The notes under the pieces: generated by a model
The model's input: only the letters and a program-made list of their open reading frames with translations
Told to the model about the DNA's origin: nothing
The model's database searches: none
Shown here: positions 20,074 through 30,154 of the stretch, piece by piece
Layout: every line of letters begins with the position of its first letter
Position numbering within the stretch: the first letter of the stretch is position 1
Made by a program: the position numbers and the translations under genes
NCBI GenBank assembly: GCA_944320495.1
Contig: CALUHR010000003.1
Coordinates: forward strand, 96,001 to 160,000
DNA: 64,000 nucleotides
Origin: Candidatus Methanomethylophilaceae archaeon
GTDB taxonomy: Archaea; Thermoplasmatota; Thermoplasmata; Methanomassiliicoccales; Methanomethylophilaceae
Direction of reading: 5' to 3'

Positions 20074-21339
20074 ATGGCCAGGAAACAGAAGGAGACTTCC
20101 AGGGAACCGTCCAAGGAGTACATCTGCCCGTACTGCTTCGCCAAGGTGGACCTGTCGCAGGTCCACTACATCTGCTCGGGACAGACCTGCGCGAGGACCT
20201 TCGCCGCCACAGCGTCCAGCACCAGGAGCGCGGACGCCGCGAAGTACGTCACCGCGGACGGCCAGAACGAGATAGACTACGAGAAGAGCCTGTTCTACGG
20301 GAGGGACCCACGCGGACCCCAGGCCGTGATCGCAAAGAACCACATCATCAGGAACTCCTCCGGGGTCTGCGACGTGTGCAGGCGCCCGGTGTACACCCGC
20401 GTGTGCCCCGTGTGCCACAACCCCATACCTCCCGGCGCCGAGGAGGAGGGCAACAAGATCTTCGTCATCCTCGGACCCAAGAGCGTTGGCAAGAGCCATT
20501 ACATCGCGGTCCTGATCAACCAGCTCAAGAACTACGTCTCGACGGAGTTCAACGGCGTCCTCAACGCCGCCACTGACAAGACCACCCTGAAGTACCGCGA
20601 CATGTACTACAGGCGCCTCTTCGAGGAGAAGCGCAAGCTCCCGGCCACCAAGTCATACGATGTCTCAGACGACAGCAGGGAGCCTCTGATCTACTACCTG
20701 AGGCTGTTCGACTCCGAACGCCCGAAGGTCTTCACCTTCGCGTTCTTCGACACCGCGGGAGAGGACCTTGTGTCCTCCGACAAGATGATGTCCCTGAGCA
20801 TCAACTCGTTCATCTCCAAGGCCGCGGGCATAGTCTACCTGGTGGACCCGCTCCAGATCCGCTACATCAACCAGAGGATCCATGTCGACGGGAAGCCGCC
20901 GGTGGGACCCGACGTGTCGGATGTCCTGAACAACATCTGCCAGATAATCAGGACCAACAACAAGCTCAGCCCCAAGGCCAAGATCGACATCCCACTCGCC
21001 GTCGTCCTGACGAAGGCGGATGTCCTGCTCAAGAACCCCGAGGACGAGGAGGAGGACAAGGTGCTGTTCGGACAGTGCTCGTCCATCCACATCCCCAGGG
21101 AGCACGGGAAGGTCGACAACGAGAACTTCGAGCAGATCGACGCCGAGCTGACCGAGTACCTGCACAGGTGCCTCGGCGACAACTTCATCCAGACCGTGGG
21201 AGGCTTCGAGGACCACTGCTACTTCGCCGTGTCCGCCCTCGGATGCAATCCCGTGGGGAGCAGCCTGCCCAGGGGCGTAACGCCCATGAGGGTGGAGGAC
21301 CCGTTCATCTGGCTGCTCAGCAAGGAGGGACTCCAGTGA
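20074..21339 (+). CDS. TRAFAC-class GTPase with N-terminal zinc ribbons
   Basis: CPYC, CDVC, CPVC; G1 GPKSVGKS, G3 DTAG, G4 TKAD, G5 VSAL. Confidence 0.85.
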   Translation: MARKQKETSREPSKEYICPYCFAKVDLSQVHYICSGQTCARTFAATASSTRSADAAKYVTADGQNEIDYEKSLFYGRDPRGPQAVIAKNHIIRNSSGVCDVCRRPVYTRVCPVCHNPIPPGAEEEGNKIFVILGPKSVGKSHYIAVLINQLKNYVSTEFNGVLNAATDKTTLKYRDMYYRRLFEEKRKLPATKSYDVSDDSREPLIYYLRLFDSERPKVFTFAFFDTAGEDLVSSDKMMSLSINSFISKAAGIVYLVDPLQIRYINQRIHVDGKPPVGPDVSDVLNNICQIIRTNNKLSPKAKIDIPLAVVLTKADVLLKNPEDEEEDKVLFGQCSSIHIPREHGKVDNENFEQIDAELTEYLHRCLGDNFIQTVGGFEDHCYFAVSALGCNPVGSSLPRGVTPMRVEDPFIWLLSKEGLQ

Positions 21340-22157
21340 ACGATAACACCAACAACCGTCTCAAGAACTTCCTGATCTACGGGCCGCAGGTGCCCCTCCC
21401 GAGGGAGAGCCCCGAGCCTGAGACCGTCATCACGGAGGAGACCTCCATGGAGCAGGCCGAGATGCCCGTCCGCGAGGAGGTCCCGGCCCAAGCGCCGGAG
21501 GCCCCCGCCTTCGACGGCGCCGTCCTCGAGTCCCTGGAGTCGCAGCTCGCGGAGATCCGCGGGATGCTCGAGGAGCTCGGCTCCCGCCCGACGGTCCCGG
21601 ACCTGACTCCCTACATGACCACTAGGGAGCAGCAGAAGGCCCTCTCGGCCACTATCTCCAAGATCGAGACCTCATCGAGCAACAAATCCCTGGTCAAGGC
21701 CATGGAGCAGATCAGCACCATGAGGGAGGACTTCCTGAGGCTATGCAAGGACATGCGCCCCCGCATCTCGGAGATGGACCCGGAGATGGTCCTCTCGAGC
21801 TTCGAGGCGTACTGCGTCGACATGGAGAACATCCTGACGGACGTCGGAGTCTACATCGGGAGGTTCGAGTTCGACAAGCTCAACACACTCCACCAGCGTA
21901 TCGTCGGTGTCGTGCCGACCGGCGAGAAGGAGAAGGACGGCACTATAGCCGAGAGGCAGTCCGACGGTTACAAGCTGGGCGACAAGGTCCTCCTCAAGGA
22001 GAGGGTCTCTGTCTACAAGTACGATCCAAGCTTTGGCACTCCGGATGCCCCAGAGGTAGAAACCCCTTCAGAAACCGCAGAAACCGCTTCCGAAACGTCT
22101 TGCGATGGCGGGGACGGCCCCGAAGGCTCGCCCGTCACAACGGAGGAAAAGGAATGA
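21336..22157 (+). CDS. GrpE-like nucleotide exchange factor
   Basis: GTGA overlap; coiled-coil then FDKLNTLHQRIVGVVPT...GTIAERQSDGYKLGDKVLLKERVSVYK, resembling the GrpE beta domain. Confidence 0.75.
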   Translation: MNDNTNNRLKNFLIYGPQVPLPRESPEPETVITEETSMEQAEMPVREEVPAQAPEAPAFDGAVLESLESQLAEIRGMLEELGSRPTVPDLTPYMTTREQQKALSATISKIETSSSNKSLVKAMEQISTMREDFLRLCKDMRPRISEMDPEMVLSSFEAYCVDMENILTDVGVYIGRFEFDKLNTLHQRIVGVVPTGEKEKDGTIAERQSDGYKLGDKVLLKERVSVYKYDPSFGTPDAPEVETPSETAETASETSCDGGDGPEGSPVTTEEKE

Positions 22158-23719
22158 CAGACTATAGCATCGGCATAGACCTGGGCACGACCTACTCGTG
22201 CCTTGCCTATATCGACGAGGATGGGGACCCGGTCGTTGAGAAGAACTTCGAGCAGGAGGACACAACGCCGTCCGTCATCCTATTCAACGAGAACGGGGAG
22301 ATCATCGTCGGATCCCCCGCCAAAGACATGGCAATGATGTATCCCCCCGAGAGGGTCATCACCTCGATCAAGAGGCAGATGGGAACCGACTACGAGGTGG
22401 ACATCGACGGGGAGAAGTACAACCCCATCATGCTGTCCGCGGTCATCCTCAGGAAGATGATCAACGACTTCAACGAGAACCACGGATGCGACGTCAAGAG
22501 GGCCGTCATCACCTGCCCCGCCTACTTCGGACAGAACGAGAGGGACACCACCAAGACCGCCGGCACCATCGCCGGACTCGACGACGTCACCGTGATCAAC
22601 GAGCCCACCGCCGCCGCCATCTCCTTCGGATTCGGCAACGCCGGCGAGGGCAAGAAGAGGGTCCTCGTATACGACCTCGGAGGAGGAACCTTCGATGTAA
22701 CCATCCTCGAGATCGACGGCACCGCGTTCACCGCCGTCGCCACCGACGGAGAGAGGCTCCTGGGAGGAAAGGACTGGGACGCGGCCATCTCCAAGATCAT
22801 CAAGGAGAAGGTCGCAGAGGAGATCGGCGTCGACGTCGAGTCCATCGACGAGGACGAGGAGGTCAGGCAGGCCCTGATCAACGACTCCGAGACCATCAAG
22901 AAGAGGCTCTCCACCGCCGAGTCCACCAAGGGAACCCTCACCGTCAACGGTCAGAAGGTGGTCTTCACCGTCACCAGGGACGAGTTCGAGGCCGCCTCCG
23001 CCAGCCTGATCCAGACCACAGTCGAGATCATCGAGCGCGTCCTCGCGTCCAAGGAGTTCGCGATGTCCGACATCGACGACGTCATCCTCGTCGGTGGATC
23101 CTCCAGGATGCCCCAGGTCAAGAACGCCATCGCCGCCAAGTGGCCCGACGCCCAGATCAAGGTCTTCGACCCCGACCAGTCCGTCGCCAAGGGTGCCGCC
23201 ATCTTCGCGCAGTCCAACGCCGCCGAGCCCGTCGTCAACCCCACCACCGGGGCCGTCGAGCCTCCCGCGGAGGGTGTCCTGAGCGTCCACAACGTCCTGA
23301 GCAAGACCTTCGGAATCAAGGCCATGTATGAGGACGGAACCGAGATGATCTCCAACATCATCTTCAGGAACGAGGTCCTGCCCATCGAGTCCGTCAAGAC
23401 CTACTACCCCGTCGATGACGGACAGACCACCATCAAGGTCGAGATTTACGAGGACGCCGCCATGAACAACGAGGAGGGCAAGAAGACCGCCGTCATCGAC
23501 GCCGCCCCCGTCGGAGAGTTCATGATGGACCTTCCCTCGCAGGTCACCAAGAACACCCCGATCACCGTGAAGTTCACCGCCACCGACGAGGGTATCCTCA
23601 TCGCCTCGGTCGACTGCATGGACCAGCACACCGACTATCAGATCGAGAACGACCTGAAGATGTCCGCCGACGACATCGCCAAGTCCCAGGGTCTGATGGA
23701 GAAGGTTACCAACGCCTGA
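22154..23719 (+). CDS. Hsp70-family protein (short, no C-terminal lid)
   Basis: GIDLGTTYSC, ITCPAYF, INEPTAAA, YDLGGGTFDV, LGGKDWD, LVGGSSRMP; 521 aa. Confidence 0.9.
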   Translation: MTDYSIGIDLGTTYSCLAYIDEDGDPVVEKNFEQEDTTPSVILFNENGEIIVGSPAKDMAMMYPPERVITSIKRQMGTDYEVDIDGEKYNPIMLSAVILRKMINDFNENHGCDVKRAVITCPAYFGQNERDTTKTAGTIAGLDDVTVINEPTAAAISFGFGNAGEGKKRVLVYDLGGGTFDVTILEIDGTAFTAVATDGERLLGGKDWDAAISKIIKEKVAEEIGVDVESIDEDEEVRQALINDSETIKKRLSTAESTKGTLTVNGQKVVFTVTRDEFEAASASLIQTTVEIIERVLASKEFAMSDIDDVILVGGSSRMPQVKNAIAAKWPDAQIKVFDPDQSVAKGAAIFAQSNAAEPVVNPTTGAVEPPAEGVLSVHNVLSKTFGIKAMYEDGTEMISNIIFRNEVLPIESVKTYYPVDDGQTTIKVEIYEDAAMNNEEGKKTAVIDAAPVGEFMMDLPSQVTKNTPITVKFTATDEGILIASVDCMDQHTDYQIENDLKMSADDIAKSQGLMEKVTNA

Positions 23720-23725
23720 TCATCC

Positions 23726-23774
23726 CCGGGCCTTCGGGCCCGGCAAACACCTTACCCGGACGAAGACGTCCGGG
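23726..23774 (+). terminator. Two GC-rich hairpins after the Hsp70 operon
   Basis: CCGGGCC-TTCG-GGCCCGG (23726-23743) and CCCGGACG-AAGA-CGTCCGGG (23755-23774). Confidence 0.55.
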
Positions 23775-24220
23775 ACACATCTTTTGATAATTCATGACTG
23801 CAAGGCCGCATCCGAAGATCCGAGGCCATGGATCGTGATCGACACTGATGCCGGATTGTTCCGAATTCGGTTGAAACAATCCTTGGTGGAGGGTGACAGC
23901 CGACCGGGAACCCGCTGATGAGGCGGGTCCTTCAGACGGTGATAAGATGATGGGCTTTTTTGAAGCCTAATACCGATCGGCCGTCTGGCACTGTATCGAA
24001 CTGTGGTATAAGAACTTCATTCTGAGGTGTCGACAACGATTACGAAGAAACTCGGAAACCTTGAATAATGAGGACGATAACTGGTATAGTTCTATCCATA
24101 TTGACCACATTATGGACTATGTTTTGAGGGGTTCAGACCTTCGCCGGGATTTGTCTGGCACATGCTGATTCAAACATCAATGAGCCCAACGAGGCCATCT
24201 TACATCCGAGAATGGGTCGA

Positions 24221-24628
24221 TCACTCGGAGCTGCCGGATACGACGATGACGGTGCAGTTGGCGTTCTTGACCACATACGTGGAGACACTGCCCATCAGAA
24301 GCCTGTCCAGGGACGATCTGTTGGACTTTCCGACGATGATGGTGTCACAATCATACCTGTCTGCGACATCCAGGACGGTCTCATCCGGCCTGCCAGTCAT
24401 GATGATCGTATGGGCCAACGCTCCGGCATCTACGGCCATGTCGCGGGCGTTCTCCATGTACTGGCGGATGCTCTCATCGACATCGTCTGGGTCGACCTGA
24501 TCCTCCTTGACAACGGTGAGGATGTAGAGCGGCTGCTCGTACCTCACAGAGTGCTCTATGGCGTAATCCAGCGCACGCTGGCTCATAGGCTTCCCATCAT
24601 ATGCCAGAAGGATGGACATCGCCGACAA
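24221..24628 (-). CDS. Universal stress protein
   Basis: ILLAYDG..SQRALDYA, IIVGKSNRSSLDRLLMGSVSTYVVKNANCTVIVV. Confidence 0.92.
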   Translation of the reverse strand: MSAMSILLAYDGKPMSQRALDYAIEHSVRYEQPLYILTVVKEDQVDPDDVDESIRQYMENARDMAVDAGALAHTIIMTGRPDETVLDVADRYDCDTIIVGKSNRSSLDRLLMGSVSTYVVKNANCTVIVVSGSSE

Positions 24629-24726
24629 TATCCCATCACGCGAATAAAATCATTCGCACAAATGTGCCAGTAGTCATAAAAGTGCCCGACGGGCATTGCC
24701 CGTCGGTAAGGGGTTTAGAGAAAGAC

Positions 24727-26130
24727 TCAGAGCCCGTAGTTCTTGGGGTTGTACCTGGGAACGGACTCCTGGAACTCCTTGGTGCAGTACTCGACGAACT
24801 TGTCGGTGTCGTCGGGGAGCTCCTCGAGCTTCTTGATGATGTCGTTGAGGACCTCGAGCTGCTTGTTGGTGAGAGCGAGCTCCTTGGAGTCGTATCCCTG
24901 CTTGAGGATCTTGGCACCGCAGAGACCAGCGGCCTTGGCCCTCATGTAGAGGTCGTTGCCGTTCTCGGCGATGGCCTGTCCGATCATGTAAGCGTGGTCG
25001 TAGGCGAGCACGTAGGCCTCGGGGCCTCTGAACCTGTCGGAGTACATGTACAGGTCCCTGAGGGTCTTCTCCTGTCCCAGCTGGATAGCGGTGTTCATCA
25101 GGGAAGCCTCGTATCCGAGGGAACCGGCCCAGCACTGGACGGAGGTTCCTCCGAACTCGGGGTGGTACTCGACGGACTCGTTGGACCAGAGGTCGCAGCA
25201 CTGGGCGATCAGGTTACCCTGGAGGTCGCAATGGGCACACTGGCAGTTCTTACCCTCCTGAGCGGTGGGCTTTCCGGTGATAGCCTTGACGATGGGTCCC
25301 TCGTATCCGCAGTCCTTGTCAGGTCCGACGGCGCCGGCCTCGCAAGCGGCGAGGGTCCTGGCGGCGGAGATGCACCTGGTGACAGCGGAGAAGGTCCTCT
25401 GGACGTCGTTGTCGAGGTATCCACCGGCCATGAACATGGCGACGTTAGCTCCCGAGCAGTTGGTGTCTCCTCCGGGGATGGTCTTGTGCTTCTTGCAGAT
25501 GTCGACGCACTGCTCCCAGATGTAGGTCATGTCGATGGCACCGAGGTATCCGACACCGAAGAGGAAGGCGACGATGTCACCGTTGGTGACGGCGTAGTCG
25601 GCGAACTCTTTTCCTCCGACGGACTCGACGGAGAAGACATCGGCACCGTTCTCGCAGGCGAACTCGGCGCACTCGAAGAACTTGTGGGCGTAGGCGTGCT
25701 CGGACTTGTCGACCTCGGGCCTGAGTCCCTCGTCAGCCTCACGCTGGTCGGGGATGGTCTGCCTGACGGCGCAGTTCAGTCCGTACTCCTCGTGGAACTT
25801 CTCGCAGATGGCCTTCTGACCGGCGACGACGGGGGCGCACAGCTTCTCCTGGTTCATCTGGGAGACCCACTCGGTCTCGAGCTGGACGTTGGGGAATCCG
25901 GCGGTGACACACCTGTTGAGGATGTCCTTGGAGATGTAGTCGACGTACTCCTTCCTCAGCTTCTCGGGATCCTTCTCGGTTCCGGGCCTGGGGGCGTAGT
26001 TGACCTCGGGGATAACGTATCCGGCTCCGACCTTCAGTCCGAAGCCGTAGGACACGGGGTGCTGGGACGATCCGAAGATCATGTCGTCAGCGTTCTCATA
26101 AGCCATTTTGGTGCATCTAGTAACTGCCAT
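24727..26130 (-). CDS. mtaB: Methanol:corrinoid methyltransferase MtaB (copy 2)
   Basis: PEVNYAPRPG, VESVGGKE, PGGDTNCS, GPDKDCGYEG, QEGKNCQCAHCDLQGNL, DLWSNESVEY. Confidence 0.93.
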   Translation of the reverse strand: MAVTRCTKMAYENADDMIFGSSQHPVSYGFGLKVGAGYVIPEVNYAPRPGTEKDPEKLRKEYVDYISKDILNRCVTAGFPNVQLETEWVSQMNQEKLCAPVVAGQKAICEKFHEEYGLNCAVRQTIPDQREADEGLRPEVDKSEHAYAHKFFECAEFACENGADVFSVESVGGKEFADYAVTNGDIVAFLFGVGYLGAIDMTYIWEQCVDICKKHKTIPGGDTNCSGANVAMFMAGGYLDNDVQRTFSAVTRCISAARTLAACEAGAVGPDKDCGYEGPIVKAITGKPTAQEGKNCQCAHCDLQGNLIAQCCDLWSNESVEYHPEFGGTSVQCWAGSLGYEASLMNTAIQLGQEKTLRDLYMYSDRFRGPEAYVLAYDHAYMIGQAIAENGNDLYMRAKAAGLCGAKILKQGYDSKELALTNKQLEVLNDIIKKLEELPDDTDKFVEYCTKEFQESVPRYNPKNYGL

Positions 26131-26136
26131 TCTACC

Positions 26137-26919
26137 TCACTCTCCGTTGACGATGTTGTCCCACTCATCCCTGATCTTCTTCCAGTCATAGCCGTCGAGC
26201 AGCTTCTGGGCGATCAGAGGGGTCTGGGGGGCCTTCTCGGAGTAGATTCCGAGGTCGTAGGAGTTGGCGAACTCCCTGTTGACGGCGCCTCCGCATCCCA
26301 TGACAGGGGTGTTGTATCCCTTCTCCTGGAGGATCTTGGCCTCGGCGGGGAAGGCGGTCATGGTGGTGGTCATCAGAGCGGTTCCGGAGATGAAGAGGGG
26401 CTTGACCTCCTCGACCTTGGCGACGGCGTCGACGATCGGGACGTCGCGTCCCATGTCGATGACGTTGTATCCGGAAGCCCTCATCATGACGGCGGCGATG
26501 TTCTTTCCGATGTCGTGGGGGTCTCCCTCGGCGGCGTGCATGACGACGGTGGCCTTGGGGGTGAGTCCTCCGGGGACCTGCTTCTCGGCGAGAGCGATTC
26601 CGATCTCCATGGTCTTGGCGGCCATCATGATCTCGGGCAGGTAGTAGACGTGCTCCGCATACAGCTTGGCGACGACTTCCATTCCAGCAACAAGACCGTT
26701 GTTGATGATGTCGAGGGGGTCCCTCTCCTTCAGGGCCTGCATGACGGTGGGCCCGACGGTCTTGAACCTCATGTACATGACCTCCTCAGCGACCTTGTGG
26801 AAAACAGGGTCGGTCGGGAGGAGCTTCTTCGCCATCTCCTCAGGCGTGACCTCGACCTGCATGTCGACGTCGTAGCGCTTGAGGACTTTGCTGAAGTCTG
26901 CACCTTCGCAACTAAGCAT
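26137..26919 (-). CDS. mtaC: Methanol corrinoid protein MtaC (copy 2)
   Basis: B12-binding EGDPHDIGKNI, SGTALMTTTM, GGAV; SD GGAGGA before ATG 26919. Confidence 0.93.
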   Translation of the reverse strand: MLSCEGADFSKVLKRYDVDMQVEVTPEEMAKKLLPTDPVFHKVAEEVMYMRFKTVGPTVMQALKERDPLDIINNGLVAGMEVVAKLYAEHVYYLPEIMMAAKTMEIGIALAEKQVPGGLTPKATVVMHAAEGDPHDIGKNIAAVMMRASGYNVIDMGRDVPIVDAVAKVEEVKPLFISGTALMTTTMTAFPAEAKILQEKGYNTPVMGCGGAVNREFANSYDLGIYSEKAPQTPLIAQKLLDGYDWKKIRDEWDNIVNGE

Positions 26920-27456
26920 TTTATTCCTCCGCAGGGGAAAAACCCCTACGGAGCGAAGATTCGACAAACAGTATTTTTAGACTTTGTTGGATGTTTGTAA
27001 TATCCATACATTAATTGGATGCAATTTATAAATTAACACCGTTTAAAATAATCCAACATCTGGGTTAACTAATTCATATATATTCATTTTCAAAGATTGG
27101 AAGTTCATACATCCAATGAATCGAGTTCGGATGTAGACGAATGAGCCACGTTTTCACTCATAATGAGATGATTAATGGGAAAGAGTGCTGTTAATAATCG
27201 CAACATTTCCGCAGAAACACAAGATGACGATGGACGAATCGCTCATTTCCTCAGATTTCGAGCCGAATCCCACGATTAACTGGGTCTGATCCAGCAATAT
27301 TCCTGATTGTATAATTATGCGAGAATTTCAGGCGAGAATTATCCTGAAATTCAAAATTAGTTAACATGGGGCGTTGGATGGAAATCCGCGCCGGAGACGG
27401 AAAAAATAAGAAGGGTGGGGGCCGAAGCCCCCTGGAGGTTTAACTCGAAGTTACGA

Positions 27457-28857
27457 TCAGAGACCGTAGTTCTTCTTGTTGTACAGAGGCACGAGCTCGG
27501 AGTACTTCTTGTCGGCGTACTCGAAGAACTTCGCCTCATCGTCGGGCAGCTCGCCGAGCTCCTTGATGATGGTGTTGAGGACCTCGAGCTGCTTGTTGGT
27601 GAGAGCGAGCTCCTTGTTGTCGTAGCCCCTCTTGATGATCTTGGCGGCGGTCTCTCCTGCGGCCTTGGCCCTCAGGTAGATGTTGTCACCGTTGTCGGCG
27701 ATGGCCTTTCCGATCTCGTAGGCGTTGTCGTAGGCGAGGATGTATCCCTCGGGGCCACGAGCCCTGTCGGAGATCATGTACAGGTCCCTCAGAGTCTTCT
27801 CCTGGCCGCACTGGATGGCGGTGTTCATCAGGGAAGCCTCGTATCCGATGGATCCGAGCCAGCACTGGACGGAGGTTCCTCCGAACTCGGGGTGGTACTC
27901 GACGGACTCGTTGGACCAGAGGTCGCAGCACTGGGCGATCAGGTTACCCTGGAGGTCGCAGTGGGCGCACTGGCAGTTCTTACCCTCCTGGGCAGCGGGC
28001 TTTCCAGTGATGGCCTTGACGATGGGTCCCTCGTATCCGCAGTCCTTGTCGGGTCCGGTGGCACCGCACTCGGGGGCCACAAGGGTCCTGGCAGCGGAGA
28101 TGGCACGGGTCACAGCGGAGAAGGTCCTCTGGACATCGTTGTCGAGGTATCCTCCAGCCATGAACATCGAGGTGTTGGCTCCGGAGCAGTTCGTGTCTCC
28201 TCCAGCGACGACCTTGTTCTTCTTGCAGATGTCGACGAACTGGGACCAGACATACTCCATGTCGATGGATCCGAGGTATCCGACACCGAACAGGAAGGCG
28301 ACAATGTCTCCGTTGGTGACAGCGAAGTCAGCGAGCTCTTTTCCGCCGAGGGTCTCGCAGCTCAGGACATCGGCACCGTTCTCGCAGGCGATCTCGGCGC
28401 AGTTGAACAGAGCCTCGGGGTAGGCGTGCTTTCCGCCCATGCCAGGCCTGTATCCCTCCTCAGCCTCACGCTGGTCGGGGATGGTCTGCCTGACGGCGCA
28501 GTTGATGCCGTACTCCTCGTAGTATTTCTCGCAGATGGCCTTCTGTCCCTCGACGACGGGGGTCGCCATCTTGGGGTTACCCATCTGGGAGACCCACTCG
28601 GTCTCGAGCTGGACATCGGGGAATCCGACGGTGACAGCCCTGTTGAGGATGTCCTTGGAGATGTAGTCGACGTACTCCTTCCTGAGGGACTCGGGGTCCT
28701 TCTCCTTTCCGGGCCTGGGTCCGTAGTTGATCTCAGGGATGACGCGGCCAGCTCCGACTTTCATTCCGAAGCCGTAGGAGATGGGGTATTTGGCGGTTCC
28801 AAAGACCATCTCGTCCGCGTTGCTGTATGCCATCTTGGTGTATCTAGTTGCTGCCAT
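27457..28857 (-). CDS. mtaB: Methanol:corrinoid methyltransferase MtaB (copy 1)
   Basis: Same motifs as copy 2; highly similar paralog. Confidence 0.93.
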   Translation of the reverse strand: MAATRYTKMAYSNADEMVFGTAKYPISYGFGMKVGAGRVIPEINYGPRPGKEKDPESLRKEYVDYISKDILNRAVTVGFPDVQLETEWVSQMGNPKMATPVVEGQKAICEKYYEEYGINCAVRQTIPDQREAEEGYRPGMGGKHAYPEALFNCAEIACENGADVLSCETLGGKELADFAVTNGDIVAFLFGVGYLGSIDMEYVWSQFVDICKKNKVVAGGDTNCSGANTSMFMAGGYLDNDVQRTFSAVTRAISAARTLVAPECGATGPDKDCGYEGPIVKAITGKPAAQEGKNCQCAHCDLQGNLIAQCCDLWSNESVEYHPEFGGTSVQCWLGSIGYEASLMNTAIQCGQEKTLRDLYMISDRARGPEGYILAYDNAYEIGKAIADNGDNIYLRAKAAGETAAKIIKRGYDNKELALTNKQLEVLNTIIKELGELPDDEAKFFEYADKKYSELVPLYNKKNYGL

Positions 28858-28862
28858 TTTAA

Positions 28863-29648
28863 TCACTCCTCTCCACCGACGATCTGATCCCACTCGTCCC
28901 TGACTCTCTTCCAGTCGTATCCGGCGAGGACCTTGTCCGCAATCGGCGGGGTCTGGGGAGCCTTCTCGGAGTAGATTCCAAGCGGGAAGGACTCGGCGAA
29001 GTCCCTGTTCACAGCGCCTCCGGCGGCCATGAAGGGGATGTTGACGCCATCGGCGACCAGTTTCTCGGCAGCCCTGGGGAAGGCGGTCATGGTGGTGGTC
29101 ATCAGAGCGGTTCCGGTAACCATCAGGGGCTTGACCTCCTCGACCTTGGCGACGACATCGACGACAGCGACGTCCTTACCCATGTCGATGACAGTGTATC
29201 CAGAGGACCTCAGCATGACAGCGGCGATGTTCTTTCCGATGTCGTGGGGGTCTCCCTCGGCAGCGTGCATGACGATGGTAGCTTTGGTCTCCCTTCCGCC
29301 GGGGATCTGCTTCTCGGCGATAGCGATTCCAATCTCCATGGTCTTGGCGGCCATCATGATCTCGGGCAGGTAGTAGATGTGCTCGGCGTACAGCTTGGCG
29401 ACGCACTCCATACCAACGACGAGTCCGTTGTTGATGATGTCAAGGGGCTGCTTGGAGGACAGAGCCTTGGTAGTGACCGGTCCGACTTCCTTGAACTTCA
29501 TGTAGAGGACGCACTCCGCAACCTCCTTAAGAACGGGGTCGGAAGGCAGCATCTTCTTGGCGACGGCCTCAGGGGTGGTCTCGTTCTGAGACTCAACGTC
29601 GTAGCGTTTGAGGATCTTAGCGAAGTCCACCTTCTTGTAGTCAATCAT
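28863..29648 (-). CDS. mtaC: Methanol corrinoid protein MtaC (copy 1)
   Basis: EGDPHDIGKNI, TGTALMTTTM, AAGGAVN. Confidence 0.93.
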   Translation of the reverse strand: MIDYKKVDFAKILKRYDVESQNETTPEAVAKKMLPSDPVLKEVAECVLYMKFKEVGPVTTKALSSKQPLDIINNGLVVGMECVAKLYAEHIYYLPEIMMAAKTMEIGIAIAEKQIPGGRETKATIVMHAAEGDPHDIGKNIAAVMLRSSGYTVIDMGKDVAVVDVVAKVEEVKPLMVTGTALMTTTMTAFPRAAEKLVADGVNIPFMAAGGAVNRDFAESFPLGIYSEKAPQTPPIADKVLAGYDWKRVRDEWDQIVGGEE

Positions 29649-30154
29649 TCGTTTTCCTCCTATCGCCTTGTCCGGTGTTACCCGAACTCAGCAATACATC
29701 CAACCCATGGCGGTTATTTAACCCAAATCGAGGATGGATGTTTTGACCATAATTTATATACTACAAACAAAGATTTAAATAATAGTTTACATAACTTTCC
29801 TATTTTGAAGACGAATTCAATATTTTGTTTAAATATCATTATTTAAAGAATCTCGATTTATTTAAAAAGAAGATTTGATTATTTCTTTTAGGATTTTATT
29901 ATCAAATATTTCCTTTTGAGATAATATTGAGCCATCAATACAATGGATTCGGACGGACTACGGCACGGAGACTGATGCAAGAGCATACATCCAACCACCA
30001 TCCATCCAAGTTCCGTCCGAAGAAACCACTTTCCTACTCTATACAAAAAGTATATAGATGGTAGGATTGGGAAATCCATCCATCGCGATAAAGCCTCATT
30101 AAAAAAGGGAGTAAGATTGGAAACCGTTTTAATCAGAAAAACATCGGACCAATC

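Noticed and set aside
23905-23935. CTGATGAG resembling a hammerhead ribozyme core or C/D box
   Set aside because: It sits in a simple hairpin loop; no stem II plus GAAA and no properly spaced D/D' boxes.
24601-28887. Long plus-strand ORFs (799 aa, 490 aa) opposite mtaBC
   Set aside because: Antisense shadows of strongly codon-biased GC-rich genes; the same applies to most overlapping ORFs in the track.
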